IMG/VR virus record: IMGVR_UViG_3300021082_000035
Span: 1 to 48,403 of that record
Reading direction: 5' to 3' (one strand)
DNA from: a virus
Taxonomy: Duplodnaviria > Caudoviricetes
DNA length: 48,403 nt
Numbering within the stretch: position 1 is the stretch's first letter; each line of letters starts with the position of its first letter. The notes under the pieces were generated by a model, which searched no databases, was not told the DNA's origin, and saw only the letters and a list, made by a program, of their open reading frames with translations. The translations under genes were made by a program, and so were the position numbers. Positions 33,893 through 42,484 of the stretch are shown here, in pieces.

Positions 33893-34762
33893 ATGGACGC
33901 ACTCACCTACGCTGGGCTATGGCAACTAGCCGACCTCTTCTGCGCCACCTACGACGCATACGTCAAGGACAGCAGGGCGCACATCCCGCAACCCATTACG
34001 CCTGAGTTGCTAGAGCAGGCGTACCGTGAGCGGTGGGCCGTATCCGGGTACACCGCACGTCTGGACGGCGACAAGATGGTGACCCACATCGGGGCCATCG
34101 ACTTCGATCACGCTGACCCTGCTCAGTACGAGGCAGTGCGTGACACGCTGACAGGGCTGGGCATCCCGACCATCGAGGCTATGTCCAATCGTGGTGTCCA
34201 CCTGTGGGTGACAGCGCGTGAGGAAGGGCCAGCCAGCATCATGCACAAGGCGTTGGAGCAGGCCATACGCCTCACCGACAAGGACATCCTCGACACGTGT
34301 GAGGTATTCCCCAAGACCAGCACATCCCCGTGGGGAGTGGGGGCATTGAGGCTGCCGCTGATGACGCACCCCAAGACCCACGAGAGATTTCCAGTCATCG
34401 ACATGGACGGCAATCACCTCACTAAGTTGATCGACGTGTGCCTTGCCGTCCAGTACACGGAGTGGTCGGTGCTGCGATCACTGGCTGCTGATGCGCCGGT
34501 TGAGTACCCGCGTGACCTCGGCGTTTACCGCCAGCGCAAGGACTACGGCGACACGGGCAGCGCAGTGCAGTTGCTCGATGCTCTGGGGGTGCAGGCCGTA
34601 CCCGGCAGGTCGTGCAGGTGCCCCTTCCACGAGGACAGGAAGGCGTCACTGAGCGTGGCGCAGGACGATCAGCGGGTGTGGTGCAAGTCGCCTGAGTGTG
34701 AGGCGTACAACGGGGGGAGAGGCGTGGGAACACTGGCTCTGGCCAAGATGGTGCAGCGGTGA
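33893..34762 (+). CDS. AEP-family primase with C-terminal CHC2-like zinc finger
   Basis: AIDFD, SNRGVHLW, EVFPK, LRLPL; CPFHEDRKASL..WCKSPEC. Confidence 0.8.
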   Translation: MDALTYAGLWQLADLFCATYDAYVKDSRAHIPQPITPELLEQAYRERWAVSGYTARLDGDKMVTHIGAIDFDHADPAQYEAVRDTLTGLGIPTIEAMSNRGVHLWVTAREEGPASIMHKALEQAIRLTDKDILDTCEVFPKTSTSPWGVGALRLPLMTHPKTHERFPVIDMDGNHLTKLIDVCLAVQYTEWSVLRSLAADAPVEYPRDLGVYRQRKDYGDTGSAVQLLDALGVQAVPGRSCRCPFHEDRKASLSVAQDDQRVWCKSPECEAYNGGRGVGTLALAKMVQR

Positions 34763-36132
34763 CGCTGGATATGAACCTTGCCCGCACGGGCATGGGCTAC
34801 ATCTTCACGGTGGCTGACGATCAGACCGAACTGATGCGCTTCGAGGTTGGCCACATGGCAACCACCACGTGGGGCATACGGGGCAGGGTGACGGTGCGTA
34901 GCAGGATGAACGGCGCTCGCACGGTGCCGGGTATGTCGGGCTACATCACGACCGACGTGCTCGACTTCCTGTCGTCACGCTCACGCCAAGCCTTCGCCGA
35001 GCGATTGGGGTCACTGATACCAGCGCCACCCGGTGGTGCGGCCATTGACTGGGACATCGTGGTCGAGAAGTTGGTGGCCACGATCATGGACATGGAGAAC
35101 CGGCCACCCATAGTGGTGCCTATCGAGACAGTCACAGCCGTACCAGTCCAGCCCCACGTCATTCCCTATCTCCTGCCTGAGAACAAGGTCACCATCCTGT
35201 ACGGGGCAGGCGGCACAGGTAAGAGCAAGATCGCAGCGTCCATTGCCGCTGCTGTGCAGACCGGCAAGAAGTGGTTGGGCAACGTGACGAAGCAGTGCAA
35301 CGTGATGTACTGCGATTGGGAGACTGACGAGGGTGATGTCGCTCATCGCATAGCGGCAGCCAGCCGTGGCATTGGCCTCACTGACAGGGCACCAGTGAAG
35401 TACATGAACTTCGACATGCCACTCGACAACGAGATTGACTACATCGCTGCCGCCGTGGTGGAGAACGACATTGGCTTCCTCATCATCGACTCGGTGATGA
35501 TGAGCATGGCACCTACGGGTGCGGGCGCTGACCCTGCGTGGGCGGCGATCAGGTTCTTCCGTGCCCTGCGCATGCTCAACTGCACGGTGCTGTGTATCGA
35601 CCACATCAGTGGCGAGGACCAGAAGAAGGGGCGGGCAGGAGCGAGCAAGCCGTATGGCTCCGTCGCCAAGTACAACACGGTGCGTAACGCCTTCGAGTTG
35701 ATCGACACGACCGAGGCAATGGACGGCTCACAACTCACACTCAAACACCGCAAGGCGAACGTCGGCCCGAAGATACCGGGCGGCGAGGTAACCCTGACGA
35801 GTGAGTGGAATGACGTGACCGACACGCTCACCTTCCGGCGCATCGTCCTCTCTGAGCCTGACGTGTCACTCGGTGAGCGGGTAGTGGGGGCATTGGAGAC
35901 TGGGCCTGCGTCCTACAAGACGCTGCTCGAAGTGCTGAACAGCGATCAGCGTTTCGACTATGTAGATGAAGCCCAACTGCGTGGTGCCAGCAGAGCATTG
36001 CTAAGTGGCTCCATTGCAACCATCGACAGTAACGGTGTCTTACGCCTCACTAAGACTGAGGACGTAGAAGAGAGCAAAGACCCTGAGTCACTACCACTTG
36101 CACTTGAAGAGGAAGAGTCGATAGACTCTTAG
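34759..36132 (+). CDS. RecA-fold (AAA_25/RepA-like) replicative helicase
   Basis: GAGGTGKS, YCDWE, LIIDS, CIDH, PYGS; coupled to the primase gene. Confidence 0.85.
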   Translation: MTLDMNLARTGMGYIFTVADDQTELMRFEVGHMATTTWGIRGRVTVRSRMNGARTVPGMSGYITTDVLDFLSSRSRQAFAERLGSLIPAPPGGAAIDWDIVVEKLVATIMDMENRPPIVVPIETVTAVPVQPHVIPYLLPENKVTILYGAGGTGKSKIAASIAAAVQTGKKWLGNVTKQCNVMYCDWETDEGDVAHRIAAASRGIGLTDRAPVKYMNFDMPLDNEIDYIAAAVVENDIGFLIIDSVMMSMAPTGAGADPAWAAIRFFRALRMLNCTVLCIDHISGEDQKKGRAGASKPYGSVAKYNTVRNAFELIDTTEAMDGSQLTLKHRKANVGPKIPGGEVTLTSEWNDVTDTLTFRRIVLSEPDVSLGERVVGALETGPASYKTLLEVLNSDQRFDYVDEAQLRGASRALLSGSIATIDSNGVLRLTKTEDVEESKDPESLPLALEEEESIDS

Positions 36133-36172
36133 CGGCGAGTCCCTTGCTTGGGGATAAACCTGTTGCTCACTT

Positions 36173-36209
36173 AGCCCCGGTGAACGTCCATCCACCGGGG
36201 CTTTGTGTT
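36173..36209 (+). terminator. Terminator of the rightward unit
   Basis: agccccggtg-N10-caccggggct followed by TTGTGTT. Confidence 0.7.
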
Positions 36210-36213
36210 GGGC

Positions 36214-36249
36214 AAACAAAAAGAGGGCGGGGGTGCATCCGCCCTCTTT
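36214..36249 (-). terminator. Terminator of the leftward unit (possibly bidirectional)
   Basis: aaagagggcgg-N8-ccgccctcttt; U-rich tail on the minus strand. Confidence 0.8.
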
Positions 36250-36267
36250 CTGCTGCCGTCGGGTGGG

Positions 36268-36810
36268 CTACTTGGGGTTGGCTGCGGCCTTCTCGGCGTC
36301 AGCCTTGGCCTTCTCGTCGGCCTCGATCTTGGCATCCGCTGCCTTCATCGAGGTCACGACTTCGGCCTTGGTCTTGCCCTTGTCGTCCTGCTCCGCGCCA
36401 CTTGACGTGGTGTTGGGAGCACTCGCCCGCTTCTCGTTCTCGGCACGGACACGTGCGTCACGCGCTTCCTTCGACTCGTTGAAGCCAAAGGTGTTGGTCG
36501 AGGTCTGCGGGCTGTCAGCGGTGGCCTCGTTGACCAGACCCGCATCACGCGCCACGGCCCGTGTCGTCTCGGTTCGCGCTGGGCCAGCAGTGCTGGTCGT
36601 TACGCTGCGCTTGACGTTCGGGTCGAGATTGGGGTCACGTCGGCTCAGTCCTGCCTCTGGTGCCAGCACTGGCCCCGCTGCGGGGTTGGTGCCTTCCGAC
36701 TCGGCCAGTTCTGCTGACGTGAACTGCCGCTCGATGGGGGTATGAGCGTTCTCATACGCCTCTTGTTCGCGCTCGGCGGCTGACTTGAACTTGCTGGTTG
36801 ACTCCGACAT
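36268..36810 (-). CDS. Hydrophilic low-complexity hypothetical protein
   Basis: Likely start ATG 36810; A/E/T/K-rich. Confidence 0.65.
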   Translation of the reverse strand: MSESTSKFKSAAEREQEAYENAHTPIERQFTSAELAESEGTNPAAGPVLAPEAGLSRRDPNLDPNVKRSVTTSTAGPARTETTRAVARDAGLVNEATADSPQTSTNTFGFNESKEARDARVRAENEKRASAPNTTSSGAEQDDKGKTKAEVVTSMKAADAKIEADEKAKADAEKAAANPK

Positions 36811-37129
36811 CGTTCTCTTCGTCCTCATCATCCGCTTCCTCGTCAGTCAGAGGCTCATCCCCTTCGGGCGACTCTTCCTCTGGCTCCACGGCAAGTGGCG
36901 TCATTGCATTATCTACTACCTGTCCAGTGATGTCTGGGCATTCCGACAGGTAATGGAAGTGCAAGTCCTCACCATGCTTGCCGTGTGACGAGCGCACGTG
37001 CTGCGTCATACCGCCACGCTCAAAGCGCAGTAGGTCAGGCGACTGCTGGTCTGATAGGTCGGGCACCACGATCATGGCTGCGGTGCATACGCCACGCCAC
37101 CAGACGTGGACGATTTCTCCTGCGTACAT
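36752..37129 (-). CDS. Hypothetical protein with acidic tail
   Basis: Starts directly after the holin stop. Confidence 0.6.
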   Translation of the reverse strand: MYAGEIVHVWWRGVCTAAMIVVPDLSDQQSPDLLRFERGGMTQHVRSSHGKHGEDLHFHYLSECPDITGQVVDNAMTPLAVEPEEESPEGDEPLTDEEADDEDEENDVGVNQQVQVSRRARTRGV

Positions 37130-37447
37130 CTAGCCCTCGTTGCCTTCGTTGATCTTGTCCACGATGGGGTTGACGATGACCTTGTGGATGCCGATGGCGG
37201 CGGTCGCACACGTCAGCCACGCGATGAACACGACCAAGCCCTTGTCCAAAGAGTCCACCTTGGTGCTGATGGCAGCAAGCACGTAGAGGATGGCCGAGAA
37301 GGTGAACGCGAGGATCATCCCGTTCGGGTCCCACGTGGTGAACTTGTCGAACACCGTCTTTAGCAGCGACACGAAACTGGTCACCAGACCAGCCGCAATG
37401 CCCGCACCAGCAGCGGTCAAGAGCACTGCGAAGGTAATGTCGTCCAT
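37130..37447 (-). CDS. Putative holin (3 TM)
   Basis: 105 aa, three hydrophobic helices, late-operon end; SD AGGAG. Confidence 0.65.
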   Translation of the reverse strand: MDDITFAVLLTAAGAGIAAGLVTSFVSLLKTVFDKFTTWDPNGMILAFTFSAILYVLAAISTKVDSLDKGLVVFIAWLTCATAAIGIHKVIVNPIVDKINEGNEG

Positions 37448-37455
37448 TCCTACTC

Positions 37456-38175
37456 CTACTTGGGCAGCGCAGAGATAGACGCGATTGTGTTCAACCGCGC
37501 CTCTCGCTCCTGCAAGTTCAACCGCAATGCGGTCACATAGTCAGGCTCAGGTGGCAGAGGCTCTGGCTCAGGTTCAGGTTCCGGTGGCAGGGGTGGCTGC
37601 GGTGTCACCGGGTCCACGCGGAAGGTAATGTCCAAGAACTTGTGAACGTCTGTGTCCTTGACATCGAGCATGAAGAAAGCGAAGTCGTCCCACGGTGAGT
37701 CCTTTCCCGACATGGCCTCGGCCAGTGTGTCGGCATGGCACTCTTCGGGTCGGCCCTGATATATCTGACCGCGCCACTTGGTGGGGTGTTTGCCACTCTC
37801 ATTCCACATGAGGCTCATCAGTTCGCTCTTCTTGTCCAAGGACAGGGGCAGGATGTGGCTGAGTTCGTGGCGCACGATGTGACGTGCCCGCCACGGCTTG
37901 TCCTTGGCGACCTTGGCGTTGATCCAAAGCAGGCTGGAACCCTTGACGAAGCCCTCTGCGGCGATGCCGTTTGGTCGAGTGGCTGACTTCGAGCCGGGGA
38001 TGATGGCTCCGCCCTCGATCATCAGGTCGGGTGCCTTGAACTCGATGGTGTAGACCCTAGGAAGTACATCCTGCAATGGGGTCACCATGTTGACGCACTC
38101 ATCGAGGGCCAACTTCACCAAGGCAATCTGCACCTCGGTGCCTATGGCAATGACCTTACCGAACTGCTGCTGCAT
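37456..38175 (-). CDS. Zincin metallopeptidase in endolysin position
   Basis: RHELSH..EECHAD; Pro/Glu linker and C-terminal helix; start ATG 38175. Confidence 0.65.
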   Translation of the reverse strand: MQQQFGKVIAIGTEVQIALVKLALDECVNMVTPLQDVLPRVYTIEFKAPDLMIEGGAIIPGSKSATRPNGIAAEGFVKGSSLLWINAKVAKDKPWRARHIVRHELSHILPLSLDKKSELMSLMWNESGKHPTKWRGQIYQGRPEECHADTLAEAMSGKDSPWDDFAFFMLDVKDTDVHKFLDITFRVDPVTPQPPLPPEPEPEPEPLPPEPDYVTALRLNLQEREARLNTIASISALPK

Positions 38176-38518
38176 CACTCTTCCCTTCACGAATGCGTGT
38201 TCGCAATCGTAGCCCAAGGTAGATGCCAATGCCAGCACAGGATGTGAACGCCAGCATCAGCAGCCAACCCCCGACGACGCGCCCCCACAGTGGATCACGG
38301 CTAACCACGGCCACGGTGACACGGCCCACCCAGAAGAGGGCGAGCACCGAGTTGAACATGAAAGTGATGTGTATGACGTACCAGCCCACCGCACGCAGCG
38401 TGTGCGATGGCGCAAAGAACGAGGCCATCACCCCACCAATAAGACCACCAACGATGGTGACGAAAAGTGACTGGGCATCTGCTACTTGGACTACCCCGTT
38501 GACGAGTTCACTCAGCAT
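38156..38518 (-). CDS. Membrane protein (3 TM)
   Basis: Three hydrophobic segments. Confidence 0.7.
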   Translation of the reverse strand: MLSELVNGVVQVADAQSLFVTIVGGLIGGVMASFFAPSHTLRAVGWYVIHITFMFNSVLALFWVGRVTVAVVSRDPLWGRVVGGWLLMLAFTSCAGIGIYLGLRLRTRIREGKSDAAAVR

Positions 38519-38873
38519 GGTTGTTGTTCTCCGGGTTGATTAGGTGTCGTGGGATGTCCTTGCCTGCCGCACCATAGAGGTCACGCAGGTCGCCCTCTGC
38601 CAGTCGCAGCCTGCGATAGAGACGCTTGTTGTCAGTCAACGCCTCTTCGAGATTGCTCTTGCAGTCATTGAAATCACTGGCCAGTTCCTTGTACTGCTCC
38701 TGCGCAGCATCCAACTGGTCCTGCAAAGTCTTGACCAGCACGCCCATGCGTGACTCAATCTCGCGGTTGAGGTCAGGCAGTCCCTTCTTACGGGCCACAT
38801 AGACCGTGATGAGGCCAGTGATGGCTGTCGCAAGTACGCCGACAACCGGAACGAGAACCGGCAGCAGGTCCAT
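38508..38873 (-). CDS. TM + coiled-coil protein (lysis-cassette type)
   Basis: N-terminal TM helix followed by a heptad-rich region. Confidence 0.7.
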   Translation of the reverse strand: MDLLPVLVPVVGVLATAITGLITVYVARKKGLPDLNREIESRMGVLVKTLQDQLDAAQEQYKELASDFNDCKSNLEEALTDNKRLYRRLRLAEGDLRDLYGAAGKDIPRHLINPENNNHAE

Positions 38874-40124
38874 CTACGCCCCCAAGAACTCCATCGTCAA
38901 CTTAGCGGCCACGTTTCTGCTTGTGCCCGAAGTCTGGTTGTAGAACACCTCGACGTAATCGCCAGCGGTCAACCGCCCAGTCCACGCGAGGGCAATGCCG
39001 CCTGTGCCTGCACCCGTACCCGCGAGATGGCATGACGTAGACAGCAACTTCGCCTGCGTGGTGTCCACCGTACCGGCAGCGTTCTTGCACAGGTACGCCC
39101 TGCGAGCGCCCGCCGTGCTTGCATCCGCCTCGTGATTGGCTGTGGCTGTAACCGAGTACCGCCCGGTGAATGGAGCCACAACCCTCGAAGCGTTGCTGGC
39201 CGGGTCGTGGTAGGCATCGGTGTCAGTCGTGTCCGCATCGGTGAACGAGATGACTGGCGTAGTTCCGGTGGTCACCGCCTGCGTAGCACGGCTGACCTCG
39301 CAGCCTGATGCCACTGCCCACTGGATGTCAGTGCCATCGCTGACCAACTTGGTATTCGCAGCACCAAGCGCCTTGCGTACAGGGTTGCTGGCATCACGGG
39401 TAATGAGGTCACCACGGGTGGTGAGCAGGAGATTAAGTATCTGCTGGATGGTGGCCTCTTCGGGGTCGCCTGAGCCAGCGGTGATGCGAGCGAGGATGCG
39501 AGCAGTCGCGCTGATGTCCTGCATCCGGGCGTAAGTGACGCCATTGTTGGCGATGCCAATGGCTGGGCCGCCCGTGAACTCCAAGCCGTTGGTGACCGAC
39601 ACCTCTTCGGGGTCGCCAGTCGCCGCCGTGTCGCGTCCGATCAGCCGGTCGGTGGCGATGTTCTGCATCTTGGCGAAGGTGACGACATCGTTGTCCACGG
39701 TCAGCACCGTGCCTGTGCCTGACACGGTGATGTCGCCCTTGTCTCCGTCCGACAGGCCACCGCCTGAGCCGACCGCTACCTGCAAGACACCACTTGCATC
39801 AGTGACCCGTAAGCCCTCGTTGCTGAGTGTGCAGCGATAGCCCGCACCCAGTGTCACGGTGCCCGTGATCTGATTGGCAGCAGCCGTGCCGTTGGCGTAC
39901 AGCGTGAAGGTGCGTGACACCGAGTCGGTGTTGACCAGCGCGATGGTGCTGATAAGCGTCTCTTCGGTGGGGTTGAAGATGGACGCAACAGCACCGGCCA
40001 GTTGCCCTTGGGCAAGGATGCGATACGAGTTGGTGGTCTTTAGATAGCCGAAGATGGTGTACGTGATCTTCGACGCCGAAGAAGCCACACCGTGTAGTTC
40101 GTCAGATGCTTGGAGAGTAAACAT
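38874..40124 (-). CDS. Tail fibre/receptor-binding protein
   Basis: Two repeats VT(F/Y)A(K/R)MQ.I...R...R..A..GDPEE; C1q-like C-terminal head (APFTGRYSVTA, LTAGDYVEV). Confidence 0.7.
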   Translation of the reverse strand: MFTLQASDELHGVASSASKITYTIFGYLKTTNSYRILAQGQLAGAVASIFNPTEETLISTIALVNTDSVSRTFTLYANGTAAANQITGTVTLGAGYRCTLSNEGLRVTDASGVLQVAVGSGGGLSDGDKGDITVSGTGTVLTVDNDVVTFAKMQNIATDRLIGRDTAATGDPEEVSVTNGLEFTGGPAIGIANNGVTYARMQDISATARILARITAGSGDPEEATIQQILNLLLTTRGDLITRDASNPVRKALGAANTKLVSDGTDIQWAVASGCEVSRATQAVTTGTTPVISFTDADTTDTDAYHDPASNASRVVAPFTGRYSVTATANHEADASTAGARRAYLCKNAAGTVDTTQAKLLSTSCHLAGTGAGTGGIALAWTGRLTAGDYVEVFYNQTSGTSRNVAAKLTMEFLGA

Positions 40125-41428
40125 CAGTTCCCCACGAAGAAGGCGTAGGCGTAGTCCATGCTGCCACCACCGCCACCACCATGCACGATGTCATCGAGTG
40201 TAGCGGTGGCCCCATCGCTTGCGCGAGCGAACACGACAGCACCGTTCATGGCATCGAGGATGAGTCCGTAGTTATCCAGCACGCCCGCGTTGGACAACTG
40301 GCCTGCGTGCCACGGGCTGACGACCTTGCCCTCTTCCAACTGGAAGGCATCGACCCAGCCAATGTCGCCATTGCCCGCACCACCGTTGTCGTAACGAAAC
40401 ACTGGCCGCAGGGTGGTCTGCCCCGGCCCAGTGGAGTAGCGCAAGTGGAGCCTTTGCCAGCCCTCTGAGTAGGACGAGGTGTCTACCGTTGCGCCCGGTC
40501 CATCGTTGAGTGCGTCACCCGCCACCGTGCCTTGCGCGAGCAGCGTGGTAAAGCCACCACCTGCGTAGATTTCAAGGCGAGCCTCGCTGCCTGCGCCGAC
40601 AGGTCCATCGGTCTTGGTGTAACAGGACAGCACGTAGTCGGTGTTGGGCTGAACCTCGATGTCATCACCAGATGTCACCCTGTACGGATAGATAGTGCGG
40701 TCATTGACGTTCTCATCAACGATGTACTTGAAGCCCTTGGTGCCGTAGCGGTAGCCCGACGGGTCGAGCGCCCAGTCACCACTCGGAGCCGACACCCACT
40801 TCTCAGGCTGAGAAGCAGACGTGGTGTACGAGAAGGTCATGTTGGCCAGAGCAGGCTGCGTACCGGCCACGTCGGTCGAGAGCCGCACGAGGACGTTGAC
40901 GTAGTTGTTTGGGGTCACAGTGCTGATGTCGTTGCTGTACGTCCCGCCAGCCCCACCAGCACTGGCATTGCTCTTGAACAGGAAGGCGGAGTGGGTGTTG
41001 GCAGGCATAGCGGCAGAGCCGAAGGTCCAGCCCGACGATGATGCGCCACCCGGTACGGCGAACTCGTACTCAGCCTGCGCCCAGCACACCTTGAAGGCCG
41101 TGCGCGTGGACTCACCGCTGCTAGCACCACCAGCAGTGGCCTCAATGGTCCACCACCGCTCGTTGCTGGCCTGATCCTTGTTCTTCATCAAGTACGGCGT
41201 GTCGTAGTAGCCCGCCGACAGGGCAGCAGCCAAGGTGCCAGCCGTTAGCGTGTACGTTGCGTCGGCCACACCGCCCGCGCTGGCGGTGTAGATACGCAGG
41301 ATCACCGAGTCAATGGAGTCACCATCAGGATCGCTGACCGTGAACTCCAAGCGCGGCTTCGCATGAGCGCCACCAGCGGTCCACTTGGCGGCCTCATTGA
41401 GATTGTGGATGCGAGCAAAGGAAGCCAT
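40124..41428 (-). CDS. Minor tail protein with carbohydrate-binding-like domain
   Basis: VQPNTDYVLSCY, WQRL, VDAFQLEEG..SPW. Confidence 0.65.
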   Translation of the reverse strand: MASFARIHNLNEAAKWTAGGAHAKPRLEFTVSDPDGDSIDSVILRIYTASAGGVADATYTLTAGTLAAALSAGYYDTPYLMKNKDQASNERWWTIEATAGGASSGESTRTAFKVCWAQAEYEFAVPGGASSSGWTFGSAAMPANTHSAFLFKSNASAGGAGGTYSNDISTVTPNNYVNVLVRLSTDVAGTQPALANMTFSYTTSASQPEKWVSAPSGDWALDPSGYRYGTKGFKYIVDENVNDRTIYPYRVTSGDDIEVQPNTDYVLSCYTKTDGPVGAGSEARLEIYAGGGFTTLLAQGTVAGDALNDGPGATVDTSSYSEGWQRLHLRYSTGPGQTTLRPVFRYDNGGAGNGDIGWVDAFQLEEGKVVSPWHAGQLSNAGVLDNYGLILDAMNGAVVFARASDGATATLDDIVHGGGGGGSMDYAYAFFVGN

Positions 41429-42483
41429 TACGTCGGCCTCACCTTGGTGGTGATGGGTATGCGGTCAACCACGTAACTGAACACCGTGGACCAGCCACCC
41501 TTCGTGGGGCCATTGAAGTCGGTGACGGCGTACTGCCAGTAGTACGTGGTGCCACCCGTTTGGGGTGAGACAGTCCTTGTGGCTGACCAAGTGAACTGGC
41601 TGTTAGGTGTGAAGGACGCACTGTCTACGTCGTAGATGACGCCCGTGTCCAACTTGCCAGTGCCCGCCGCCACGTGGTTGGACGTGGCCACCACGATGTG
41701 CAGTGATGTCATTGAGTCAAAGTCAGGGTAGACATCATCGTCATCGGAGTACCTGCCAGTGAAGGACCGCGATGTGCCAGCCGGTACCCGGACGCCGCCG
41801 GTGGGAGTGCCCACGGTTTGAGCATCAGGTGGGGTGTTTGCAGCAGCAGTAACCACCACCATGTATGGCCCGTTGCCTCCGTCGAACAAGGGCACGCCAG
41901 TGCTATCAGACGACGTGAAGGCAACCTTGCGTGCGGTGATCTGCTCTTCGGCATTGCCCGCTGCGTTGCTGGGCCAGAAGGCGAGGCCGAACTTGTCAGT
42001 GCCACCAGCCTTGGCTGCCGCCCATGCCGTGAACAATGCGGTCACATCCTTGGACACGATGTCGTTCACAGCCCACCCGCCGCCGTCCCACAGCAGTTGG
42101 CCGGTCGATGTGGTCGTAGGCCCCGGCCACTCCGTAGCAGCCGCGCCTGCCCCGGACAGGGTGCATTCGCCACCCTGTGCGTTCTCGGTGACCACTTCGT
42201 CTGGATCACTGAAGCGCCGTATCAGCACCTTGGGCGTACCGCCCATCGAGAAGCAGCCTGCCGTGCCGCGCACCTTCTGGTAGATGGTGGCTGACACCAC
42301 TGTCTCGGCATAGTTGAAGCCCGCTGGCTCCTGATACGAGATGGCAAAGCGGTTCTCGTAATCATCGGTGCCCGTGTTCTTGCCTACCTGAAGGCGTGGC
42401 CCCAATCCGTTGCCCAGTTCGACCGATCCGTTCTGGCGTGAGTACCAACTGTCACGCCACACGTCCCAGTAGTAGGTCGCCAT
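41428..42483 (-). CDS. Minor tail protein (DNRLRE-like + Ig-like domain)
   Basis: LQVG..RFAISY..VVSAT..DVTALF..FTSSD..PYMVV; TYYWQY..W. Confidence 0.55.
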   Translation of the reverse strand: MATYYWDVWRDSWYSRQNGSVELGNGLGPRLQVGKNTGTDDYENRFAISYQEPAGFNYAETVVSATIYQKVRGTAGCFSMGGTPKVLIRRFSDPDEVVTENAQGGECTLSGAGAAATEWPGPTTTSTGQLLWDGGGWAVNDIVSKDVTALFTAWAAAKAGGTDKFGLAFWPSNAAGNAEEQITARKVAFTSSDSTGVPLFDGGNGPYMVVVTAAANTPPDAQTVGTPTGGVRVPAGTSRSFTGRYSDDDDVYPDFDSMTSLHIVVATSNHVAAGTGKLDTGVIYDVDSASFTPNSQFTWSATRTVSPQTGGTTYYWQYAVTDFNGPTKGGWSTVFSYVVDRIPITTKVRPT

Positions 42484-42484
42484 C

